Assembly (NCBI GenBank): GCA_009914755.4
Contig: CP086569.2
Coordinates: 20,096,001 to 20,160,000, forward strand
Direction of reading: 5' to 3'
DNA length: 64,000 bases
Origin: the human T2T-CHM13v2.0 reference genome, Homo sapiens
The stretch's first letter is position 1. Every line of letters begins with the position of its first letter. The position numbers and the translations under genes are program-made. Below the pieces are notes generated by a model. That model did no database searches, was not told where the DNA came from, and saw nothing but the letters and a program-made list of their open reading frames with translations. Positions 13,756 to 27,146 of the stretch are shown piece after piece.

Positions 13756-14070
13756 GCTGGGCATAGTGGCTCATTACTGTAATCCCAGTGCTTTGAGAGG
13801 TTGAGAAGGGCAGATCTCTTGAGTCCAAGAGTTTGAAACCAGCCTGGCAACATGGTGAAACCCTGTCTGCTAAAAACACAAAACAAATTTCCCTGGCATG
13901 GGGGTGAACACCCATGGTCCCAGCTACTCAAGGGGCTGAGGTGGGAGGATCACTTGAGCCTGGGATGTCAAAGCTGCGGTGAGGCATGATTGCACACTGC
14001 ACTCCAGCCTGGACAACAGAGTAAGAACCTGTCTCCAAAAAAAAAAAAAAAAAGAGAGAGAGAGAGAAAA
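13756..14070 (+). mobile_element. Alu SINE with A/GA tail
   Basis: GCTGGGCATAGTGGCTCATTACTGTAATCCCAGTGCTTTGAGAGG...CACTCCAGCCTGGACAACAGAGTAAGAACCTGTCTCCAAAAAAAAAAAAAAAAGAGAGAG. Confidence 0.9.
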
Positions 14071-14571
14071 ACCATTCTCATTTCCAGCCATTTACCCCTT
14101 CTTTTCTTAAACATAGAAGCAACCTTGGTTTAATTTCTCTAATTTTCAATGTAGCATGTTTAAAGAGTAGAAGAGATACCTTGACCTCTAGAAGCAAATT
14201 AACATAGGCATTGATGAGTCTCATCTTCCTACTTAATGAACATGTTCTGATTGATGGCTCATGTTTTGAGGCAGCGCACTGAGGATCAGAAATAAAAAGG
14301 CTGACAGAAACATGTTTTCCTTTTAAGCTCAGATAGTCTAATGGGAAATTCAGATTTATAAATGAAGAACTGGGACTTACCATTAGGCATAGCAGGTTTA
14401 ATAGAGTGGTTTATATTAATCCCCTTGTGTATGTGTGTGCGTGTGTGTCCACATGGGTGTCTGCCTCCTTTTTCTCTTTTTACCCCTCCTCAAAATGGAT
14501 GTAGGCTGGAATTAAAAGGAAAACAAGGACAGAGAGAATGTGTGAGAACAGGGCAAACAAAAGATGAGGAT

Positions 14572-14883
14572 GGGGTGGGGCACAGTGGCTCATGCCTGTA
14601 ATCCCAGCACTTTGGGAGGCCAAGGAGAGCAGAACACCTGAGGCCAGGAGTTTAAGAGGAGCCCGACCAACACGGTGAAACTCAGTCTGTACTAAAAACA
14701 CAAAAATTATCCAGGCTCCTTGGTGTGTGCATGTAGTCTCAGCTACTCAGGCAGCTGATGTAGGAGAATTGCTTGAACCCAGGAAGCAGAGGTAGTAGTG
14801 AGCTGAGATCATGCCCCTGCACTCCAGCCTTGGCAACAGAGTGAGGCTTTGTCTCAAACAAACAAACAAACAAACAAAAAAAA
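14572..14883 (+). mobile_element. Alu SINE with (CAAA)n tail
   Basis: GGGGTGGGGCACAGTGGCTCATGCCTGTAATCCCAGCACTTTGGGAGGCCAAGG...GCACTCCAGCCTTGGCAACAGAGTGAGGCTTTGTCTCAAACAAACAAACAAACAAAC. Confidence 0.9.
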
Positions 14884-14927
14884 AGATGAGGATGACCTTT
14901 TGAAGGCTTGGATGCGGATAGATGCTG

Positions 14928-15255
14928 TGGTCTGAATGTGCGTATCTCCTGAAAATTACTATGTTGAATCTTCGTCCCCAAAGTGATGGTGACAGGAGGT
15001 GGTATCTATGGAAGGAGATGAGATCATGCATGTGGAGCCTCATGAAAGGATGAATGCCCTTTTAAAAGAGAAACTAGAGAGCTTCCTCATCGTTTCTACC
15101 ATGAGAGGACACAGCAAGAAGGTGCTGTCCATGAAACCAGGAAGCAGATCCCCACCAGATACTGAATCTGCCACACCTTGATCAGCCTCCAGAACTGTAA
15201 GCAAAAATATTTGTTGTCTATAATCCTCCCAGCCCAAATGGACTAAGAACCTAAG
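14928..15255 (+). mobile_element. Ancient LTR-like interspersed repeat (MaLR/MST-like solo LTR; subfamily uncertain)
   Basis: GGTCTGAATGTGCGTATCTCCTGAAAATTACTATGTTGAATCTTCGTCCCCAAAGTGATGGTGACAGGAGGTGG...CATGAGAGGACACAGCAAGAAGGTGCTGTCCATGAAACCAGGAAGCAGATCCCCACCAGATACTGAATCTGCCACACCTTGATCAGCCTCCAGAACTGTAAGCAAAAATATTTGTTGTCTATAATCCTCCCAGCCCAAATGGACTAAG. Matches a very common human repeat consensus recalled from memory; the family name was not verified. Confidence 0.5.
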
Positions 15256-15721
15256 CTATAGTAACTGTCATGGCAGGCAGGAGAAAGAAGGAGGCAATGA
15301 ACTCACAGCAGTGGACAGGAAAAGCCAATGAAAAGCTACAGAGCTCTTAAAAATTTCAGGAATTGGGGGCAGCATGTGGCTTTCCAGATGCAGACACAGA
15401 CAGGGCTGGAAGCAGGAGTAGTGCTTGTCAGAAGAATTCTCCTCCCACTCTTAGCAGCCAGATGAATAAACTGCTTGGAAATATAATCAGTGATGAACAA
15501 GCAGAGATCTAGATTCATGGAAGCTGGGGAGAGCTGAGAGTAAAGGTGAGATACTGTGCCCAAGGCGAGACATTAAGACAAAGCCTGACCCTCCCAAATA
15601 TGTACCCCAAAGAAATAAAAACAGACACAAAAAAGTACACACACATCCACCTTCATAGCAGGGACTGAAGTAGCACATTTTAGTGTTCACTATTCCAGAG
15701 ATGCTCACTCTCTCTATGTAT

Positions 15722-16032
15722 ATTTTTTGAGACAGGGTCTCACTCTGTTGCCCAGGCTAAAGTACAGCAACCCAACCACAGATCACTTCAACTTCAATCT
15801 CCCAGGTTCAAGCCATCCTCCTATTTCACCCCCCCAACCCTGCCCCCACCGCAAGTATCTGAGACTACAGGTGCACTCCACGACACCAGGCTATTTTTTA
15901 TATTCTCTTTTTTTAGAGATGAGGTTTCACCATGTTACCCAGACTGGTCTCAAACTCCTGAGCTCAAGCAATCTGCCTGCCTTGGCCTTCTAAAGTGTTG
16001 GGATAACAGGTGTGAGCCACTGCATCTGGCCC
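15722..16032 (-). mobile_element. Alu SINE
   Basis: TTTTTGAGACAGGGTCTCACTCTGTTGCCCAGGCTAAAGTACAGCAACCC...GGGATAACAGGTGTGAGCCACTGCATCTGGCCC. Confidence 0.9.
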
Positions 16033-16083
16033 ATGCTCTATATTTTTCTTTCTTTTTTTTTTTTAACATTTTTTCATTTTTAT

Positions 16084-16300
16084 TTTAGATTTGATGGTAC
16101 ATGGGAAGTTTTGTTACATAGGTAAACATGTGTCATGGGAGTTTTTGCACAGATTGTTTCATCACCCAGGTATTACGCCCAGGACCCAATAGCCATCTTT
16201 CCTGCTTCTCTCCCTCCCCCGATTCTCCACCCTCAAGTAGGCCCCAGTATCTGTTGTTTCCTTCTTGGTGTTCATAAGTTCCCATCATTTAGCTCACAGC
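16084..16300 (-). mobile_element. L1 3'-end fragment (antisense)
   Basis: GATGGTACATGGGAAGTTTTGTTACATAGGTAAACATGTGTCATGGGAGTTTTTGCACAGATTG...CTCCCTCCCCCGATTCTCCACCC. Corresponds to the reverse complement of the L1 3' region GGGTACATGTGCACAA.GTGCAGGTTTGTTACATA.GTA.ACATGTGCCATG. Confidence 0.65.
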
Positions 16301-16339
16301 TCTATTTTTTTTTTTTTTCTGAGACAGGGTCTCACTTTT

Positions 16340-16500
16340 TTACTTTATACATATATATATTTATATATATAAAATATATATACACACAAATACAACACAA
16401 ATATATGTGGAAAGATAGAGGTGTGTGTATATATACACAAAAAATCTACTTTATATATGTAAAGTACATTTTTTTACATATATATATATATATATGAGAG
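16340..16500. repeat. (TA)n/(TG)n-rich low-complexity tract
   Basis: ATATATATATTTATATATATAAAATATATATACACACAAATAC...TACATATATATATATATATATGAGAGAGAGAGA. Confidence 0.7.
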
Positions 16501-16806
16501 AGAGAGACAGAATATTAGATTCATTGGGGGTGATGTAGAAATGAATTAACTTCTTGTTACTTTCACTCCATAAAATACATTTAAGAGTCTGGAGATTTTA
16601 CAAGGAAAGAGTAAGAATTAAGGAAGTCTTTTAAGTTCCACTTGAAAATCATGTTATATTGGATCATGTTATATTGGAAGTATTCCACTCACTTGCTTCA
16701 ATATTCGAGACTCTCATTTTTTTTCTTTTCTTTTTTTTCTTCCTTCCTCCCAACCTCCCCATCCCCTCCTCTCCCTTCCCTTCCCCTTCACTTCTGTTCC
16801 CTTCTT

Positions 16807-16880
16807 TTATGTTATGATATGTTATGTTATGTTATGTTATGTTATGTTATGTTATGTTATGTTATGTTATGTTATGTTAT
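16807..16880. repeat. (GTTAT)n pentanucleotide microsatellite, about 14 units
   Basis: TGTTATGATATGTTATGTTATGTTATGTTATGTTATGTTATGTTATGTTATGTTATGTTATGTTATT. Confidence 0.9.
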
Positions 16881-17178
16881 TATTTTTGAGATGCATTATC
16901 ACCCTGTAATGCAGGTTAGAGTGCAATGGCTGGATCATGGCTTGCTGCAGCCTTGACTTCCCCACTTGAGAGATCTTCCAACCTCTGACTCCTCAGTAGC
17001 TGGGACTAGCTGGGACTACGGGCCCATGCCACCATGCCCAGCTTATTTTTGTATTCTTTGTAGAGATGGAGTCTCACTATATTGCCCAGGCTAGTCTCAA
17101 ACTCCTGGGCTCAAGCAATCCTCCCACCTTGTCCTGCTAAATTTCTGGGATTATAGAAGTGGGCCACTGTGTCCAGCT
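16881..17178 (-). mobile_element. Alu SINE
   Basis: TTTTTGAGATGCATTATCACCCTGTAATGCAGGTTAGAGTGCAATGGCTGGATCATGGCTTGCTGCAGCC...GGGATTATAGAAGTGGGCCACTGTGTCCAGC. Confidence 0.9.
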
Positions 17179-17279
17179 AAGACTCTCATTTCTTACCAAG
17201 AACTGATAGTATGTCTTATTTTGGTTATTAGTTGAATTTTAGGATATTTCATTAATACACAAAAATAATTAAAATTGAT

Positions 17280-17570
17280 GGCCAGGTGCAGTGGCTTACA
17301 TCTGTAATCTCAGCACTTTAGGAGGCTGAAGTGGGTATACTGCTTGAGTCCAGGAGTTCGAGACCAGCCTGGGCAACATAGCAAGAACCCATTACTAAAA
17401 AAGTATTTTTAAAATAGCTTGGTGTGGTGGTGCATTCCTGTAGTCCCACTACTCAGAGACTGAGGTGGGAGGACCATCTGAGCACAAGAGATAGTGGTTG
17501 CAGTGAGCCATGATGGCACCACTCTACTCCAGCTTGGGTGACAGAGTGAGATCCTATCTCAAAAATAGAT
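17280..17570 (+). mobile_element. Alu SINE
   Basis: GGCCAGGTGCAGTGGCTTACATCTGTAATCTCAGCACTTTAGGAGGCTGAAGTGGG...CTCCAGCTTGGGTGACAGAGTGAGATCCTATCTCAAAAATAGATAAATAAAAT. Confidence 0.9.
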
Positions 17571-17851
17571 AAATAAAATACACATAAAATAAAATATGTA
17601 AATACACATAAAATAGTAAGCTGTTTTCATTCTTAAAGAGACAATATGTTTTAAAATAGCTTCACATGACATGAAGTCTAGTGGTTTTCTTGTCTAGAGA
17701 AAGATCAAAGTTAACACCTTTAAGAGGTGACCAGTGGTATACAGGATGTGTTGCTTCACAAAACAGTGAGGAGGAAATATAAAAAGAAAAACAAGCTCAT
17801 TCTCAACCTATTCTACCACTAACATGGTAAAGTCTGTTTTTAAAAAACACA

Positions 17852-18150
17852 CAGGCCAGGAGTGTTGGCTCACGCTTATAATCCCAGCACTTTGGGAAGC
17901 TGATCCAAGAGGATTGCTTGAGTTCAGGAGTTCAAGACCAACCTGGGCTACACAATGACACCCTGTCTCAATGAAAATAAAGATAAAAGTAGCCAGGCAT
18001 GGTAGCAGGAGCCTGTAACCCCAGCTACTCAGGAGACAGAGGTTGCAGTGAGCTGAGATGGCACTGCTGTACTTCAGCCTGGGTGGCAGAGCAAGACTTT
18101 GAAAACACACACACATACAAACACACACAAACACACACACACACAGTGAC
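17852..18150 (+). mobile_element. Alu SINE (17852-18100) with (CA)n tail (18100-18150). Forms the left arm of the inverted duplication.
   Basis: GGCCAGGAGTGTTGGCTCACGCTTATAATCCCAGCACTTTGGGAAGCTGATCCAAGAGGATTGCTTGAG...CTTCAGCCTGGGTGGCAGAGCAAGACTTTGAAAACACACACACATACAAACACACAC. Confidence 0.9.
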
Positions 18151-18837
18151 TCAAATGTGAAAAGATGCTCAAAATTACTCATGATGAAAGAAATTTCAAA
18201 ACAATGCCACTAACGCTATTTTTGAATTTATTTTCTTCATGGATATTTCTGTTCCTGGTCTGTTCCAGTTCTGAAATTCTAATTGACTTCTTGGTACAAT
18301 CATGTGATATCAAAAATGCTGAAAACGTCCCACCACTACAGTGTAAATAAATCAGCTGTTAGAATTATTTTCTTTTTCTTTCATGCATAGGTGAGTATAT
18401 CATATTTTCTGTAGATCAAGAATAATAGAATAAACACCATGTACCATGCAATTTAAATCAAAACATGTATCTCATACCTTAAAAGCACCTCGTGTGTCTC
18501 TTAACCCTGCATTTATGTTAACCACATATGGTATTCATCAACGTGTTTTATATATAGCTTAGTGATATGTTTCATCTCTACACTGCATATTATGTTCTCT
18601 CTCTGTGTTTTTGTTTTGTGTTGTTTTTTAGAGGCAGGGTCTCACTGTGTTGCCCATGCTGGAGTAGAATGGCACAATCAGCCTCCCAAGAAGCTAGGAC
18701 TACTGGCGGCACAACCATGCTGGGATAATATTTTTATTTACTTCTTAGATATACCTGTAGCAGTTTTAAAAAATTTCATTCATCATGAGTAATGTTGAGC
18801 ATCTTTTTATATGTTTGAGTCACTGTGTGTTTGTATT

Positions 18838-19088
18838 TTCAAAGTCTTGCTCTGCCACCCAGGCTGAAGTGCAGCAGTGCCGTCTCAGCTCACTGCAACC
18901 TCTGTCTCCTGAGTAGCTGGGATTACAGGCTCCTTCTACAATGCCTGGCTACTTTTATTTTTATTTTCGTTGATACAGGGTGTCATTGTGTAACCCAGGC
19001 TGGTCTTGAACTCCTGGACTCAAGCAATCCTCTTGGATCAGCTCCCCAAAGTGCTGGGATTATCAGTGTGAGCCAACACTCCTGGCCT
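18838..19088 (-). mobile_element. Alu SINE. Right arm of the inverted duplication, more than 90% identical to the reverse complement of 17852-18100.
   Basis: AAGTCTTGCTCTGCCACCCAGGCTGAAGTGCAGCAGTGCCGTCTCAGCTCACTGCAACC...GATCAGCTCCCCAAAGTGCTGGGATTATCAGTGTGAGCCAACACTCCTGGCC. Confidence 0.9.
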
Positions 19089-19551
19089 GTGTGTTTTTTA
19101 AAAACAGACTTTATGCTTTGGAGCTATTTTATGTTGATAACAAAATTAAGAGGAAGGTACAGAGAGTTCTATGGACCTCTTATCCCCACACATATATAGC
19201 TTCCCCTACTATAAACATCTCCCCTGAGAGTGGTGCATCTGTGACACATTATTGACACCAGATTCATTCACATTTGGTTTCACGCTTGGGGGTGGACATT
19301 CTGTGGGTTAGGATAAATGTAAAATGGCCTGGATCCACCACTACAGTGTAACACAGAGGAGTTTTATTGCCCTAAAAATCCTCTATACTCCATCTAATCA
19401 TTCCCAAATCCTGGCAACCAGTGATCTTTGTACTGTTTCATAGTTTTGCCTTTTGCAGAATGTTTTATAGTTAGAATCATATGTAGTCTTTTCATATTAC
19501 CTTCTTTCACTTAGTAATATGTGTGGCTTATAGCTTATTTCTTCTCTTCTT

Positions 19552-20520
<969 letters not shown>

Positions 20521-20529
20521 ACTGTCAAT

Positions 20530-20905
20530 ATTCCATTGTCTAATGCAACATGGTCAGTTTGTCCGTTCACCTATTAAAGGACATCTTGCCTCCAACTTTT
20601 CATAATTATAAATAAGCTGTTGTAAATATCCATGTGCAAGTTTTTGTGTAGATGCAAGTTTCAACTCTTTTGGGTAACTATCAAGGAAACTGATTGCTAG
20701 ATCATATGCCAAAGGTATATTTAGTTTTGCAAGAAACTGCCAAACTGTCTTCCAAAGTGACAGCACCATTTTGCATTCCCACCAGCCATAAATGGGCATT
20801 CTTGTTTCTTCATGACCTCACCAGCACTTGGTGGTGTCAGTGTTCTGGCATTTGGTCATTCTCCCTGACTACCAATGAAGCTGGACAGCTTTCATTTGTT
20901 TATTT
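20530..20905 (-). mobile_element. Ancient L1 (L1M/L1P-type) ORF2 C-terminal fragment, antisense
   Basis: ...GTTCACCTATTAAAGGACATCTTGCCTCCAACTTTTCATAATTATAAATAAGCTGTTGTAAATATCCATGTGCAAGTTTTTGTGTAGATGCAAGTTTCAACTCTTTTGGGTAACTATCAAGGAAACTGATTGCTAGATCATATGCCAAAGGTATATTTAGTTTTGCAAGAAACTGCCAAACTGTCTTCCAAAGTGACAGCACCATTTTGCATTCCCACCAGCCATAAATGGGCATTC. Matches a remembered old-L1 consensus. Confidence 0.6.
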
Positions 20906-20982
20906 TTAATTTATATTTCCTCTTCTGAATACTTCTCCTTGAATTGTTCTTGTTTTTTTCTTTTTTTCTTTTTGTTTTGTTT

Positions 20983-21262
20983 TTTGAGACAGGTCTCACT
21001 CTATTGCCCAGACTGGAATTCCTTCGTGTGTTCATAGCTCATTGCAGCCTTGACTTCCCGAGCCCAAGTGATCCTCCCACCTCAGCCTTCCAAGTAGCTG
21101 GGACTACAGGTACATGCCACCACACCCAGCTAATTTTTGTATTTTTGTAGAGATGGGGCCTCACTCTGTTGCCCAGGCTGGTTTCAAACGCCTGCACTCA
21201 GGCAAACCAGCCACCTCAGCCTCCAAAATTTCTGGGATTACAGGAGTGAGCAACCATGTCCC
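20983..21262 (-). mobile_element. Alu SINE
   Basis: TTTTTTGAGACAGGTCTCACTCTATTGCCCAGACTGGAATTCC...CTTCCAAGTAGCTGGGACTACAGGTACATGCCACCACACCCAGCTAATTTTTGTATTTTTGTAGAGATGGGGCCTCAC...GGGATTACAGGAGTGAGCAACCATGTCCCACC. Confidence 0.85.
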
Positions 21263-23625
21263 ACCTGTTCCTGACTTTAAAGAGACCACTTTTAATATTC
21301 CACTCTTTATTATGTCATGCATTTTTCTGCAGAAAGCTTTTATCAGATTAAGGAAGTTTGTATTTATTCCTAGTTTGTTATATCCTGAATGGGTGTTCAA
21401 TTTTATCACAGCTGCTTTCTGCATCAATTGATATGAGAAATATTTTGTTTTTATTTGCTTTTTTCTCCTTTAATCTGTAAACATTTAAAGTACAATTATA
21501 GATTTGTCTATTGTTGAAACTTGCTGACATTTGTACCCCACAAAGGGTACATAGAGAGATTGGTCTATAATTTCTTTTCCCATGCTATATTTTTTGAGTT
21601 TGTTGAGTTTGAATATCAAAATATCCTTGGCCTCAAAATACATTGCAGATGTTGCTTCTTTTTCTGTTGTATGAAGGAGTTTAGGTAATACATGAATTTT
21701 CTTCTTCCTAATAATACAAGCTAGGTCTAGCATTCTCTTGGTGAGAAGCTTTTTAACCACTCACTCAATGTATTACATTGCTACAATACCATTTTGGTAG
21801 TCTATATTTACTTGAGTCAGTTTGGGTAAAACATACTGTTCCATGAATGTGTCCATTGTGTCTAAAGTTTTTAAATACACTGGAATAATTATTCCTACTA
21901 TCATCTTATTTTCCTTATAAACTCAGCTACATCCAGAGTTATATTCCTTTTTTCTTCTTAATATTATTTATTGGCATATGCTGTTTATTTTTATTTGCAA
22001 TCTTAGCAGATTTTATTAATTCTATTATTTTTATTGTCATTTATTTTTAATGTTACTACAAATTAAAATTTGATTTAAAGTAAAATGAAGTTTATTAAAT
22101 GTTAATTAAAATAAAATTAAACTAATTTAAGCTATTGCATTATTTTAATTTGATTTTTATTATATTATTATTACTTATCAATTTTATGTTACAAAAACTT
22201 CCACTTACACCAAAATCCAAGGATGTTCAAGGCCCTTATATAAAATCATGCTATGAAATGTTTATGTTATAAAATGTTATCTAATAACATTTACTAATAA
22301 CTAATAAAATAACAAAAAATTAAAGTGATAAAAATAAATTTTAACTAATTTTATTTAAATTAACAGTTAAAGTAAGCAATTAAGTGTTTAAATGCATTTT
22401 TACCCCTTAAAAAACAATTCTACTGAAATTACCTTAGTAAAATTAAATAATTTTTTAACTTTGTCTATTTTGATCTCTCTTTTATTTTCTCCTCTAATTT
22501 AGTGAATTCTACTGTTTTTGTTTTATTTTCTTCTACTCTTTCTTGTTATTCTTCATTTCTTTTCTAACTTCTTGAGTGGGATGCTTAGTGTATTTTTCTG
22601 TGCTGTTTATTTTCCTTTAGGTAAGAGAATTAAAGTTTGAAAGGCACATCAATGACACATCAGTTGCATTCCATCGCTTCTGAGCTGTGCATCTGAGTTC
22701 CAAGGAGTCATGAAAGCAGCTTGAAAATGTTTTCTTCCGGAACCAAAAGTGTCTGTGTCAATACAATGGTAGGTGGGTATAAAAGAGAAAACCTCCACAT
22801 GGGAAGCCCACTCTGTTCTCCTCCACTCTCTGCAGGTGAATTTGGAAAGAAGAACTGACATTCTGAATACTTTTCAGAAAGTATCCAGGCACTGGAGAGC
22901 TGGAAGCAAGAAGAAGATGCCATCGGATCCTAAACAGGGAATCCAGTAATTTGTTGAAAATGAAAACAGTCTGGGGGAAGTGTGTCCCTTCAACTTTGTA
23001 CTCAAAGTATCTCCAACCACATGGCAAAATTACCTAACTTGGCACAAATAAATCCCATGTGGGAAGAAGACAGTCCCAAGGGGCAGAAGTCATCAGGCCT
23101 GCATTTTTGCACATGGTTTAGACTAATCTCTGACAATTCCCCTTGCATCCCAGGCACCTCTGGGCAGAGGATTGGGTGCATGGCTTAAGCAGGCTTGGAA
23201 GAACAGGGGACTAGGGCAAAGAGGCCTGGGGAAGGGGCCTGGGTGGAGTGCACTGAGTCAAAGATGGTAACTTGGCCTGTTCTCCCTGAAGGAGAGGAGT
23301 GAGGAGGATCTTCTCAGCCTGAGTACACACCTGTTTTGTCTTTTAGGCCAAAGAAAGGACCTCAATAGCCTCAGGGAGTTGGTTCTAGGACTTCCACTAA
23401 TACCAGAATCCAAGAATGCTCAAGTACCTTATGTAAAATGATGCAACATTTCCATACCACCTAAGCATGTCCTCCCATACACTTTAAACCATCTACCATC
23501 ACTACTTTACTTAATACAGTGTTACTGTTATAAAAATTGTTGATAAACAGTATCTTTTTTTGTTTGCTTGTTTAGACACAGGTTCTCACTGTCACTGAGG
23601 CTGGAGTGCAGTAGCACCATCAAAG

Positions 23626-23907
23626 AGAGAGGTGAAGCCAGATGGGCTTCCTGGGTCAAGTGGGAATTGAAGACACAAATAAGGGAATAAAAGTTAGCCA
23701 CCCCAGCCAGCAGTGGCAACCCACTTTGGTCCCCTTCCACGATGTCGAAGCGTTATTCTTTCACTCCTCACAGTAAATTTTGCTGTGGCTCACTCTTTGA
23801 GTCTGTGCCATCTTTAAGAACTCTAACACTCACTGCAAAGGTCCGCAGCTCCATTCTTGAAGTCAGCGAGACCATGAACCCACTGGAAGGAACAAACTGT
23901 TGACACA
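23626..23907 (+). mobile_element. 5' LTR remnant of a class-I ERV provirus (LTR12/HERV9-like; truncated, about 280 bp)
   Basis: GAGAGGTGAAGCCAGATGGGCTTCCTGGGTCAAGTGGGAATTGAAGACACAAATAAGGGAATAAAAGTTAGCCACCCCAGCCAGCAGTGGCAACCCACTTTGGTCCCCTTCCACGATGTCGAAGCG...CTTTAAGAACTCTAACACTCACTGCAAAGGTCCGCAGCTCCATTCTTGAAGTCAGCGAGACCATGAACCCACTGGAAGGAACAAACTGTTGACACA. Collinear with the 3' LTR at 32755-33194. Confidence 0.6.
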
Positions 23908-24464
23908 TCTTGGAGACCAGAAAGGGACTATGACCAAGCGGTGAGTACCATTTGACCCCTTTCAATTGCTATTCTGTCCTATTTTTCCTTAGAATTTGGG
24001 GGTTAAAATTCAGGCACTATCAGCCAGTTAAAAGGAATTAGCTTGGCCACCAGACTAAAGACACGGGTGTCAGGCTTTCTGGGAAAAGGCTCTTTTACAA
24101 CTCCCGAGTCTTCAGAGTTGGGAGTGTTAGTTTGCCTGGAACCAGCTTCCCATTTTCTTGCATTTCCAGGCTGAGCCAAGGGTTGACAGAGAGGAAAGCC
24201 ATTCAGTTCCAGGGTACTGACAAAAAGTTCGTTGACCCCGTAGCCATGAGCAGATCTCTCAAAGTCATGTCACCCAAGCAAGACTCACCCAACTATCCTA
24301 TCTATCCTGACTCTTGCCTCCTGGGTCCTAACGCCTGTAAGATACACTTCCTCACACCTCTCTTCTCCGAGGCTAGTCCTACTTCTAAAAACCACTCCCT
24401 GTCATTGGTGCTTTTCTAGTTTCTCCTATATGAATGATTTCTGTTATAAATTTCTTTTTTTATT
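23908..24464 (+). mobile_element. ERV leader / 5' internal region (PBS-proximal), broken by the L1 insertion at 24465
   Basis: Follows the LTR terminus ...GACACA. No counterpart in the L1. Orientation is consistent with the downstream pol/env remnant. Confidence 0.45.
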
Positions 24465-25972
24465 ATATTATTATTTTACTTTAAGTTTTAGGGTACATGT
24501 GCACAATGTGCAGGTTAGTTACATATGTATACATGTGCCATGCTGGTGTGCTGCACCCATTAGCTCGTCATTTAGCATTAGGTATATCTCCTAAAGCTAT
24601 CCCTCCCTCCTCCACCCACCCCACAACAGTCCCCAGAGTGTGATGTTCCCCTTCCTGTGTCCATGTGATCTCATTGTTCAATTCCCACCTATGAGTGAGA
24701 ATATGTGGTGTTTGGATTTTTATTCTTGCGATAGTTTACTGAGAACGATGATTTCCAATTTCATCCATGTCCCTATAAAGGACATGAACTCATCATTTTT
24801 TATGGCTGCATAGTATTGCATGGTGTATATGTGCCACATTTTCTTAATCCAGTCTATCACTGTTGGACATTTGGGTTGGTTCCAAGTCTTTGCTATTGTG
24901 AATAGTGCCACAATAAACATACATGTGCATGTGTCTTTATAGCAGCATGATTTACAGTCCTTTGGGTATATACCCAGTAATGGGATGGCTGGGTCAAATG
25001 GTATTTCTAGTTCTAGATCCCTGAGGAATCACCACACTGACTTCCACAATGGTTGAACTAGTTTACAGTGCCACCAACAGTGTAAAAGTGTTCCTATTTC
25101 TCCACATCCTCTCCAGCACCTGTTGTTTCCTGACTTTTTAATGATTGGCATTCTAACTGATGTGAGATGGTATCTCATTGTGGTTTTGATTTGCATTTCC
25201 CTGATGGCCAGTGATGCTGAGCAATTTTTCATGTGTTTTTTGACTGCATAAATGTCTTCTTTTGAGAAGTGTCTGTTCATATCCTTCGCTCACTTTTTGA
25301 TGAGGTTGTTAGTTTTTTTCTTGTAAATTTGTTTGAGTTCACTGTAGATTCTGAATATTAGCCCTTCGTCAGATGATTAGGTTGTGAAAATTTTCTCCCA
25401 TTTTGTAGGATACCTGTTCACTCTGTTGGTAGTTTCTATTGCTGTGCAGAAGCTCTTGAGTTTAATTAGATCCCATTTGTCAATTTTGGCTTTTGTTGCC
25501 ATTGCTTTTGGTGTTTTAGACATGAAGTCCTTGCCCATGCCTATGTCCTGAATGGTAATGCCTATGGTTTCTTCTAGGGTTTTTATGGTTTTAGGTCTAA
25601 CGTTTAAGTCTTTAATCCATCCTGAATTAATTTTTGTATAAGGTGTAAGGAAGGGATCCAGTTTCAGCTTTCTACATATGGCTAGCCAGTTTTCCCAGCA
25701 CCATTTATTAAATAGGGAATCCTTTCCCCATTGCTTGTTTTTCTCAGGTTTGTCAAAGTTCAGATGGTTGTAGATATGTGGTGTTATTTCTGAGGGCTCT
25801 GTTCTGTTCCATTGATCTGTGTCTCAGTTTTGGTACCAGTACCATGCTGTTTTGGTTAATGTAGCCTTGTAGTACAGCTTAAAGTCAGGTAGTGTGATGC
25901 CTCCAGCTTTCCTCTTTTGGCTTACAATTGACTTGATGATGTGGGCTCTTTTTGGTTCCATATGAACTTTTA

Positions 25973-27146
<1,174 letters not shown>

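Noticed and set aside
17808-19199. Two 124-aa ORFs on opposite strands encoding almost identical proteins, superficially like a duplicated gene pair or toxin-antitoxin-like inverted genes
   Set aside because: Both are read-through translations of inverted Alu copies (…[28 protein letters not shown]…). They are a consequence of the inverted duplication, not genes.
22640-23590. Unique-looking stretch upstream of the 5' LTR that might be the missing upstream 1 kb of an LTR12
   Set aside because: I could not recognise it against any remembered LTR12 sequence, and the 3' LTR has no homologous upstream extension. Left unannotated.
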